IMG/VR virus record: IMGVR_UViG_3300008117_000010
Location: 46,527 to 110,526 of that record
From: a virus
Reading direction: 5' to 3' (one strand)
DNA length: 64,000 nucleotides
Shown here: positions 57,486-64,000 of the stretch, in pieces
Layout: each line of letters opens with the position of its first letter
Numbering within the stretch: position 1 is the first letter of the stretch
Program-made: the position numbers and the translations under genes
The notes under the pieces: generated by a model
The model's database searches: none
What the model saw: the letters and a program-made list of their open reading frames with translations, nothing else
What the model was told of the DNA's origin: nothing

Positions 57486-58202
57486 TTACCAGTTTATAGG
57501 GTTTTTATTTTGCGCAATTAAATTTTCATTTACTCTATTCCAAATATTATCATATTCCCATTTACCTCCTTTATATGCAGCACTAGCAGGATGAGGAATA
57601 AAAAACTTTGGATGTCGATTATTTACATTTAAATTAAATTCTTTTGCAATATTACCCATAAAAACAAATGGTACACCAACTTTTGTTTGAGAAATTCTAG
57701 TTAGTAAATGACATGTAAAGCCATCCCAAATAAGTTTATGAGCTCCAATGTTATTAACTTGGGTAGTTAAAGCCGTATTATACATTAGCACGCCTTGGTT
57801 AGACCATCGTCTTAAATCAGGACTAAAACTAGTATAATCTTTTACACTTTCTTCTATAGACTTTAGAATATATTGTAAAGACTTTTCAGCTTTCATTTTA
57901 TTACTACACGAAAAAGCAATACCATCAGCTACACCTTTTTGAGGATATGGATCTTGACCAACTATAACACACTTTAGTTTATCAAAGGGACATTCCACAA
58001 AGGCATTAAATACTTTAGACAAGTTTGGTGTAAATTCTCTTGATTGCACGCTTTCCTTATATAAGAAATTAATTATCTCATAAAATTCATCAGAATCAAG
58101 ATACTCATTTAATACGTCATACCAACCACAATTTTTAAGATTATAAATTATTTTTTCTTTAACCTCATTGATCTTTGGATTTTTTGTTATTTTTATCTCC
58201 AT
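57486..58202 (-). CDS. ung: Uracil-DNA glycosylase family 1
   Basis: GQDPY, GIAFS, QGVLMYNTALT, HPAS. Confidence 0.95.
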   Translation of the reverse strand: MEIKITKNPKINEVKEKIIYNLKNCGWYDVLNEYLDSDEFYEIINFLYKESVQSREFTPNLSKVFNAFVECPFDKLKCVIVGQDPYPQKGVADGIAFSCSNKMKAEKSLQYILKSIEESVKDYTSFSPDLRRWSNQGVLMYNTALTTQVNNIGAHKLIWDGFTCHLLTRISQTKVGVPFVFMGNIAKEFNLNVNNRHPKFFIPHPASAAYKGGKWEYDNIWNRVNENLIAQNKNPINW

Positions 58203-58213
58203 AAAATTATAAT

Positions 58214-58528
58214 ATGTCTGAAAATAATATAGAATACACAGAAGTCGAAGTAATGTCAGAAAACGAAGAGGTAACTATTAAGATACCAATTAATTATTAC
58301 ATTCGAGTTAATCAATTAATTTATCATTACTTTCCTTTTCGTGATGAAGAACACATGCAGGAAACAATAAAGAAAGTTAGTGAAGAAACAGATGATACTC
58401 CGGAGACATATCATCTACGCACACTTTTAAGTCTTCAACTTTTAATTGAAGATCAAGCAAGAGTAGAAAATAAAATCAAAAAAATAAAAGTTAATAAAGA
58501 AACTGGTGAGCCTATTAATGAAGACTAA
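58214..58528 (+). CDS. Hypothetical acidic protein, antisense to the surrounding block
   Basis: 104 aa; fills a gap with no - strand ORF; normal protein-like composition. Confidence 0.7.
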   Translation: MSENNIEYTEVEVMSENEEVTIKIPINYYIRVNQLIYHYFPFRDEEHMQETIKKVSEETDDTPETYHLRTLLSLQLLIEDQARVENKIKKIKVNKETGEPINED

Positions 58529-58889
58529 AACCAACATCATCACCAATTTCAATACATGCCTGAATAGCTAGAGATAATTCATCTTTACTACAATCGGCAA
58601 AAGATTTAAGAGCTGTGTTAGAACATAACCCAGCTCTTTGCTTTACTAGCTCTTTCATTTCTTCAAAGGTTACACCTGTATACAAAGCAAGTTCACGTAT
58701 TACTTTATGAACCTTTGATAACTGAGCATAACTATGATTTGATTCAATCGATTCATAAGTTATTTCAAACTCTTCATTATCATTAAGTTCTGATAAAAAT
58801 AAACTAAACTTAGTTTGTTGAAATGCATTTGATGGTTTAAACTCACCATCAATAAACTTAAATTTAAATGATTGTGGAAGCCTGTTCAT
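58515..58889 (-). CDS. NinB-like protein
   Basis: SYAQL..HKVIRELA..TG..FEEMK..KSFADCSKDELS. Confidence 0.55.
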   Translation of the reverse strand: MNRLPQSFKFKFIDGEFKPSNAFQQTKFSLFLSELNDNEEFEITYESIESNHSYAQLSKVHKVIRELALYTGVTFEEMKELVKQRAGLCSNTALKSFADCSKDELSLAIQACIEIGDDVGFSLH

Positions 58890-59268
58890 ATTGTTCTTGT
58901 AATGTCTTACAATATTGCTTAATTAAATTATATTCTTTAGCATAAGCAGGATAAACCTTTAACCAATTATTTGATTTCTTAACATTGTGTAAAGGAGTAG
59001 TATGATTACTACTCTTAAATACTTTACCAATCTCTACGTAAGAATATTCAAGTAGTTCTTTAATAAGAGCTTGTGTACAAGTTCTTGCTTTAACAACATT
59101 ATGAAGTCTAGACTTACCTAAAATATCAGCTTCAGAAAGGTTATAAAAATCAGCTACAATACTTATTATTTGATCATAAGTTAAAAGTTTCCTACTTATA
59201 AAAGACTTCCTTCTATAAGCAGTTTGTTTCTGATGATCTAAACCTGGATAAACATATACATTATACAT
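58864..59268 (-). CDS. Stand-alone DnaA domain IV-like HTH protein
   Basis: IISIVADFYNLS..ILGKSR..VVKAR..SYVEIGKVF..NHTT.LH. Confidence 0.82.
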   Translation of the reverse strand: MYNVYVYPGLDHQKQTAYRRKSFISRKLLTYDQIISIVADFYNLSEADILGKSRLHNVVKARTCTQALIKELLEYSYVEIGKVFKSSNHTTPLHNVKKSNNWLKVYPAYAKEYNLIKQYCKTLQEQYEQASTII

Positions 59269-59279
59269 ATTAGTTGGTT

Positions 59280-60113
59280 TTAAAAAATGTATCTAATTGT
59301 ATCTAAAGGAAAGTACTGCGAATATAACTCTTTAAATTCATTTATGAGTCTTGTTTTATGTATAATTGGATATCTCATAATTCCAGAATCATTTTTTATT
59401 TCACAAGAGTATTTCATTATTTCTTTTGCTTCTTCGGAAGATCTTTGCATTTGATTCTTATGATTTGTTAATGCAATAACTTCACATTTATTAATACCAG
59501 CAGTTTGTTTTACTTCGTGAAAGAGTTTTTTATACTCATCATTCCAATCCTTATAAAAAATTAAAGGACTGTAATTAATATGTACTTCCCATCCTAATTC
59601 TTTTAAACGATTAATATCACCAATACGACTTGAAATCTTTTGCATCTTAGGTTCAAGTATATTAGAATAAACTTGAGGCATTAAACTAACTCTAACCCTT
59701 GGCTTTTTATTAAATGAAGTAACATCTAAATCTAATAAGCTAGGATATTTAGTTGCCATAGTTGTATTCAATCGAGGATGATTATCATATCGTTTAAGAT
59801 AGTCATATAAAGGTTCTGGTAAATGTTTTTGCATTAATACTAAATCACTATTACATGCAATGTCAACCATAACATAAACAGGATCTTGTTGATCAGGTTT
59901 TTTAATAAAAGTTTTTTCCCAATCAACTACAGATTGAAAGATCTCTTCAACATTAGTATTAACATAAACTCGATTACCATTGTATCGAGACATATAACAA
60001 TATGTTTCAACACATCCACCAAAACATCCATAAATTAAATTGGGAGCAATACAATTAGAACTATTATTATTCTCTTTAGTAATAAGAGTTTTCGTTGTTT
60101 GCGTTTTTATCAT
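59280..60113 (-). CDS. Spore photoproduct lyase-like radical SAM protein
   Basis: IAPN..GCFGGCVETYCY, DIACNSD, ATKY, RVRVSLMP, EVHINYSP, MRY. Confidence 0.8.
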   Translation of the reverse strand: MIKTQTTKTLITKENNNSSNCIAPNLIYGCFGGCVETYCYMSRYNGNRVYVNTNVEEIFQSVVDWEKTFIKKPDQQDPVYVMVDIACNSDLVLMQKHLPEPLYDYLKRYDNHPRLNTTMATKYPSLLDLDVTSFNKKPRVRVSLMPQVYSNILEPKMQKISSRIGDINRLKELGWEVHINYSPLIFYKDWNDEYKKLFHEVKQTAGINKCEVIALTNHKNQMQRSSEEAKEIMKYSCEIKNDSGIMRYPIIHKTRLINEFKELYSQYFPLDTIRYIF

Positions 60114-60270
60114 AGATATTCAAAAACTTTTGAAACTATAAATAATGAAGTCATAATTATTACAATAGTAATTACAGTATATACTATGCCCCAAGTTAAT
60201 CCTGTTATAAATGATTCTTTTTTAATACTATCAATGACTTCAATTTGTTCTTCAGTAAACTGTATTTTAT

Positions 60271-60483
60271 TCATGATAATCCATTTTTTCTTTTGTAATT
60301 CTTTACATTTTTACGCCAATAAAAATATTTACCAGTAATTAATACAGTAATTACAATACTTATAAAAGATAAAGCAATTAATTTATCAGTATCCCATTGC
60401 CATGTTAGCGCAATAACAATACAAGTAAATAAAATTATTAAATGAAACCAGGAGTTTCGTACAATCCACGGAATAAATTTCAT
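60271..60483 (-). CDS. Small two-TM membrane protein
   Basis: Two hydrophobic helices, basic tail, ATGA overlap. Confidence 0.6.
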   Translation of the reverse strand: MKFIPWIVRNSWFHLIILFTCIVIALTWQWDTDKLIALSFISIVITVLITGKYFYWRKNVKNYKRKNGLS

Positions 60484-60887
60484 TGTTTTCTAAATTTATT
60501 ATATGAGTATTCGAAGAATGCACCCACAGATAATGGAAATATTATAAATGATAATAATAATATTACCCAAATATTTTTAGTTATTCCAATTGCAATTGCT
60601 AAATAAAAACAATGCAATGTTAAAAATTGATATTTGTGCCATGCATCAGTTAGAAACACAAGTGCTGTGCTACTAAAAGGAAATTTTTCAGGAAAGCGTG
60701 GAGTGACTAAACCAAAGTACCACCAATGATTATAGTTTCCATCTTTAGTAAAATCATACTTTTTTTCCCAATCAAAATTATTTAATCTTGAATGAGCAAT
60801 AGCGTCCATTCTACCTTTAAAATATCCTGCTGTAATGAGCAGTATTAATATTAAAAGGTATTGTAATACTGAGCAACAAAGTTCCAT
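60480..60887 (-). CDS. Membrane protein
   Basis: Hydrophobic; FPFSSTALVFLTDAWH motif. Confidence 0.7.
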   Translation of the reverse strand: MELCCSVLQYLLILILLITAGYFKGRMDAIAHSRLNNFDWEKKYDFTKDGNYNHWWYFGLVTPRFPEKFPFSSTALVFLTDAWHKYQFLTLHCFYLAIAIGITKNIWVILLLSFIIFPLSVGAFFEYSYNKFRKQ

Positions 60888-60909
60888 AATCTTAAATTAT
60901 TAATTAATA

Positions 60910-60938
60910 AAAAAGCACATCAATACGATGTGCTTTTT
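60910..60938. terminator. Bidirectional intrinsic terminator
   Basis: aaaaagcacatc-aatac-gatgtgcttttt, perfect 12-bp stem. Confidence 0.8.
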
Positions 60939-60956
60939 ATAGTTATTTTCATTTAA

Positions 60957-61136
60957 TTATGATACAACAACGTCAACCCATGCTTGGTTTGCATTACCAA
61001 ATACCGGAGTATTTACAATGGTATAGATAATACCGCTGTTTTTAATTTTACTACCAACTCCAAGAGTTGCTACAGTTTGAAATTGCCAATCAATCGGAGT
61101 GGTATTTCCAAGAACATTTACATAATAAGTGATCAT
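60957..61136 (-). CDS. 59-aa beta-rich protein (absent from the ORF track)
   Basis: MITYYVNVLGNTTPIDWQFQTVATLGVGSKIKNSGIIYTIVNTPVFGNANQAWVDVVVS*; A-rich leader, terminator downstream. Confidence 0.7.
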   Translation of the reverse strand: MITYYVNVLGNTTPIDWQFQTVATLGVGSKIKNSGIIYTIVNTPVFGNANQAWVDVVVS

Positions 61137-61179
61137 ATTTTTTTATTTTAAATGGTTAATACAGTGCAATATACAAACT

Positions 61180-61557
61180 TTAATCTCTTTTCGCAACATA
61201 ATACCATGCAAAATCACTATAAGAAATCATTACCATAGTATAATTAGAATCTGGTATTGGTGTAAGAATAAATTTAGCATATATACCATTGTCATCTATT
61301 ACATCCCAAGACCATATATCTTCAACTTTATGTACATCACTTACAGTTCTATAGGTTTGTACTTCATTAGAATGTATTACTACTTTCTTAGGCTGTAGTT
61401 CTATTAATACTGTTGAAGGATTCTCTCCAAGGAAATTAATATTTCCATCTTTAAGTACTTCACCAATATTAAAGCTAACACTTCTTAGATATGTAATGTC
61501 TTGTGCATAACTAAATGAACTGATAAATATTAGTATAATTAAAATTACTTTTTTCAT
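61180..61557 (-). CDS. Exported protein with signal peptide
   Basis: MKKVILIILIFISSFSYA/Q, a Bacteroidota-type signal with +1 Gln. Confidence 0.7.
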   Translation of the reverse strand: MKKVILIILIFISSFSYAQDITYLRSVSFNIGEVLKDGNINFLGENPSTVLIELQPKKVVIHSNEVQTYRTVSDVHKVEDIWSWDVIDDNGIYAKFILTPIPDSNYTMVMISYSDFAWYYVAKRD

Positions 61558-62141
61558 GATTTATTATTTTTTATCCATTTCTTTTTAAGTATTATATCCC
61601 AATAGTCTATGGTTTCTTGTGATAAGTTCTCACCTGTCTTAGGATCTTTATAATAAGTTGTCCAGGTACAAGGAAACTCTCTTCTTGCTTGTTCTATTCT
61701 CTTTGCAATGGGTTTAGACTTATCGGTATTCCTTTCATAATACAACCAACAAGTCCAATAATTATCTGGATGCGGTGCCCTTATAAAGATAACAAACTGC
61801 CACTTATAAAATACAAATGACATAAGTGGTTGCCATTCAAATCTATAATCTATACTATCCCATTTAGATTTCCATCCTAGTCCAACAAAATCAAAGCCAA
61901 ACTTTTTAGGAACAAATACCTTTTGATTTAATTTATTATGATAAATGTCATCAAAAGATATGTTCTTACCTTGCTCTTTGAACTTAGCATACTCTACAAA
62001 AGCTTCATGCATAGCATCATCCTTTGAGATCTTAACTGCTTTTCTAGGAAAGAAATAAGGAGTACCAATAGCTATCTTACCAAAGTAAAACTTTAGTTTA
62101 AATAGTTTAAACGGTGAGAATAATGCTTTCCAATAGTTCAT
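61554..62141 (-). CDS. Hypothetical Trp/Phe-rich protein
   Basis: 195-aa ORF, ATGA overlap. Confidence 0.7.
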   Translation of the reverse strand: MNYWKALFSPFKLFKLKFYFGKIAIGTPYFFPRKAVKISKDDAMHEAFVEYAKFKEQGKNISFDDIYHNKLNQKVFVPKKFGFDFVGLGWKSKWDSIDYRFEWQPLMSFVFYKWQFVIFIRAPHPDNYWTCWLYYERNTDKSKPIAKRIEQARREFPCTWTTYYKDPKTGENLSQETIDYWDIILKKKWIKNNKS

Positions 62142-62142
62142 A

Positions 62143-62514
62143 CTACTTTTTATTTAAGAAGTAAATAACTCCCCATTCACCATAGTTTATAAATAAAGTT
62201 AATGGGTCTGTATGTTTAAACAAAGTAACAGAACAAAGAGTACCATCATCATTACCTTCAAATAGTTTAGAGTCAGTTGTTTCTTTTTGTAATTCAAGAT
62301 CTATAAAAATATTAGTCTGAGAATTAATAATCAAAAGAGTATTAGATAAACAAAGATCATCTCTGTCTCTTAGTATTTCTTTTACCTTAAGTTTACTCTT
62401 CCCTTTTTTAGTAGTCTTTACTTTTACATAAGCCCTATAGTCAGATGTAAACTGTTGGGAATATCCACCAATACTTATAAGTAATGATGCTATAAATAAT
62501 AATTTCTTAATCAT
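62143..62514 (-). CDS. Exported protein with signal peptide
   Basis: MIKKLLFIASLLISIGGYS/Q. Confidence 0.7.
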   Translation of the reverse strand: MIKKLLFIASLLISIGGYSQQFTSDYRAYVKVKTTKKGKSKLKVKEILRDRDDLCLSNTLLIINSQTNIFIDLELQKETTDSKLFEGNDDGTLCSVTLFKHTDPLTLFINYGEWGVIYFLNKK

Positions 62515-62797
62515 TGTGTTTAAGTTTTGCGTATTTAATAAATCCGGATTTACATGAACAATCAGTGCTCATATGTTTACCACTATAATGTGGACACTCT
62601 TCTATAATATCAAACTCAACTCTACGGAATGCAAAGATTCTTGACTCTACATTATCAAAAACTAAAGCATCATCTTCTATAGACTTAACATCATCCGGAT
62701 GTAATGGTAAATCTATAGGCCAAACTTCTGACATATTAGGATCAGATCCATATATCACAAGCCATTTATCTTTTGATTTATGTAGAGTACCTGTCAT
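62507..62797 (-). CDS. Hypothetical protein
   Basis: 96-aa ORF, overlapping neighbours. Confidence 0.7.
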   Translation of the reverse strand: MTGTLHKSKDKWLVIYGSDPNMSEVWPIDLPLHPDDVKSIEDDALVFDNVESRIFAFRRVEFDIIEECPHYSGKHMSTDCSCKSGFIKYAKLKHND

Positions 62798-63042
62798 AAT
62801 ACTTCTAGTTCTTGTTTAACTTGTTCATAATATTCTGTTAACCCAATAAAACCATGAGCTTTTGAATAATATAATACTTCATCTACACACAACCTTGCGT
62901 GATGCACTGCTGTAGATATATAAATTGTAGAATGATCTCCTATCTTAGGACTTTTGCTTTGGAACTTATCATAAAGTTCCAAAGCTTTATCCTTTGGAGA
63001 TAGACCATATGGATTCTCTCCAGTATAAGTATTCATATCCAT
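62794..63042 (-). CDS. Hypothetical protein
   Basis: 82 aa; SPKDKALEL..CVDEV..YYEQVKQELE pattern of small Bacteroidota-phage genes. Confidence 0.7.
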   Translation of the reverse strand: MDMNTYTGENPYGLSPKDKALELYDKFQSKSPKIGDHSTIYISTAVHHARLCVDEVLYYSKAHGFIGLTEYYEQVKQELEVL

Positions 63043-63287
63043 TATTCTAAATTTAATCCTTGTTCATCTAATATTTCTCTAATAATATCTCTAATCTTTT
63101 CAGCTATCTCTACTTCAGCAGGTGTAGCTTCATTAGTTTTATGTAACATACTTACACCATACTTAGTTGTTTCTCTAAGCTTTTGGTCTAAGTTCCACAT
63201 AGCAAGTCTCCACTTTGTTCCATTCAAAGCATCTCTTGCATCCTCTGATTCCTCAAAGTTATCAAATTCCAGTACTATCTTTCCCAT
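63042..63287 (-). CDS. Hypothetical protein (start re-assigned to the ATG at 63287)
   Basis: MGKIVLEFD..DALNG.KW; the later start reduces the overlap with the upstream gene. Confidence 0.65.
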   Translation of the reverse strand: MGKIVLEFDNFEESEDARDALNGTKWRLAMWNLDQKLRETTKYGVSMLHKTNEATPAEVEIAEKIRDIIREILDEQGLNLE

Positions 63288-63534
63288 ATGTTTCGTTGTA
63301 ATATTGTTCTGCCATATCATGATAACCAATCAATCTTGTAGATTCAACTTGGCATCCTACACCAAACGCATCAATTATCTGCTCCTTCTCCATTGCTAAC
63401 ATTTGAAGGTCAATATCATTCTGAATGTTGATAAGGCATTGTTTATAGCCACTTTCATAAAGGTTAAATTCGCCATTCATTTCACCAATAATGACTTGAA
63501 TCTTATCTTTTAGTTGTTGCATTGCTGTTTTCAT
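63262..63534 (-). CDS. Hypothetical protein of the MKTAM..MEKEQIIDA..AEQYYNETY type
   Basis: Motifs I recall as recurrent in small genes of Bacteroidota phages. Confidence 0.75.
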   Translation of the reverse strand: MKTAMQQLKDKIQVIIGEMNGEFNLYESGYKQCLINIQNDIDLQMLAMEKEQIIDAFGVGCQVESTRLIGYHDMAEQYYNETYGKDSTGI

Positions 63535-63689
63535 TGCTCACCTTCTATTGTTTTATGTTGTTTTGATTCTTTTCTATTCCAATAAAATCGGGAATAGTTT
63601 CTATAAAATTCTATTCCGCATATAGTATAAGACCAAAACTCAACCCATCTAAATTGAGAAACTCTGATAAATTCAATTAGTCGTTTCAT
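63531..63689 (-). CDS. 52-aa hypothetical protein (absent from the ORF track)
   Basis: MKRLIEFIRVSQFRWVEFW...IEGEQ*; ATGA overlap; bounded by the junction motif. Confidence 0.6.
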   Translation of the reverse strand: MKRLIEFIRVSQFRWVEFWSYTICGIEFYRNYSRFYWNRKESKQHKTIEGEQ

Positions 63690-63700
63690 TGCTCACCTCT

Positions 63701-63856
63701 CTAATTTTTACTTAACTCTTTTACTTTTTCAACCATTTCTGATAGAATTTCTTTGGAATAAGTCCAATTATGATATAGCAATCCTCTGCCATCATCTGTT
63801 CCTTGGTTGTCAGAAATTTCTATTTCTGTTGCTAAATGTTTTACTATGATTTTCAT
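63701..63856 (-). CDS. 51-aa hypothetical protein (absent from the ORF track)
   Basis: MKIIVKHLATEIEISDNQG...ELSKN*(TAG); starts in the junction motif. Confidence 0.6.
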   Translation of the reverse strand: MKIIVKHLATEIEISDNQGTDDGRGLLYHNWTYSKEILSEMVEKVKELSKN

Positions 63857-63999
63857 TTCTCACCTCCTTGTATTTTATCACGCATCCATTTAGCACCTTC
63901 AATAAAACCATCTCTATCACCAACATAATAATCATGTGCATCTCTTGGGACATAAGGTGCTGCCATCTCTATCTCTTCATCACTTGGTAGTTCTATTGG
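63853..63999 (-). CDS. Partial hypothetical protein (5' end outside the window)
   Basis: PIELPSDEEIE...FIEGAKWMRDKIQGGEK*. Confidence 0.7.
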   Translation of the reverse strand, partial: PIELPSDEEIEMAAPYVPRDAHDYYVGDRDGFIEGAKWMRDKIQGGEK

Positions 64000-64000
64000 T

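Larger units (their letters stand above)
63529..63865 (-). repeat. 15-bp gene-junction motif AGGTGAG(C/A)AATGAAA, three copies
   Basis: + strand tttcattgctcacct at 63529 and 63684; tttcatttctcacct at 63851. Confidence 0.85.

Noticed and set aside
49562-61398. + strand ORFs 49562, 49678, 50319, 60099, 61129
   Set aside because: Antisense shadows of well-supported genes or low-complexity sequence. The 60114-60270 gap may hold a tiny - strand gene, but I could not support it.
63288-63329. Track start of ORF 63042-63329
   Set aside because: The extension lies deep inside the upstream gene; the ATG at 63287 is more plausible
63686-63703. TAG recoding (as in some crAss-like phages), suggested by TAG-AGA-GGT-GAG-CAA-TGA
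   Set aside because: About 40 kb of giant ORFs are open in code 11, and TAG ends other genes (40911, 62143); a local nonsense change is simpler
1-64000. tRNA/rRNA genes, integrase, transposase, capsid/terminase genes
   Set aside because: Intergenic gaps are too short and no motifs were seen; the head module is presumably outside the window

Overview
AT-rich fragment of a crAss-like (Crassvirales-type) phage, probably infecting a Bacteroidota host (Flavobacteriia suspected), read in standard code 11. There are two convergent blocks. The + strand (1-40907) is a virion-cargo block: modular proteins punctuated by phi-x-x-G-G motifs (one carries CHAP-like and SLT-like cell-wall hydrolase domains), then three giant genes (3239, 4181 and 1892 aa). 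The middle one is the virion RNA polymerase (RIP...GSDFDVDK) fused to ASCH, zincin, AlkB-like and SLOG domains. The - strand (40911-64000) is a replication/early block: MazG-like, PolB, PD-(D/E)XK nuclease, a MoxR-vWA module, RuvC, primase, SSB, Sak4-like ATPase, DnaB, UDG, NinB-like, DnaA-domain-IV protein, SPL-like radical SAM, then small accessory genes. The strongest unexplained signal: in 9312 aa of the three giant proteins I find only four cysteines, all at the termini where one protein meets the next, which suggests a head-to-tail linked ejection chain. Other signals are GG-delimited polyprotein modules, repeat-bounded cassettes inside the 3239-aa protein, a MoxR-vWA module with three paralogous partners, and a 15-bp junction motif joining small genes. 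All family names come from motif recognition by eye and need HMM confirmation.
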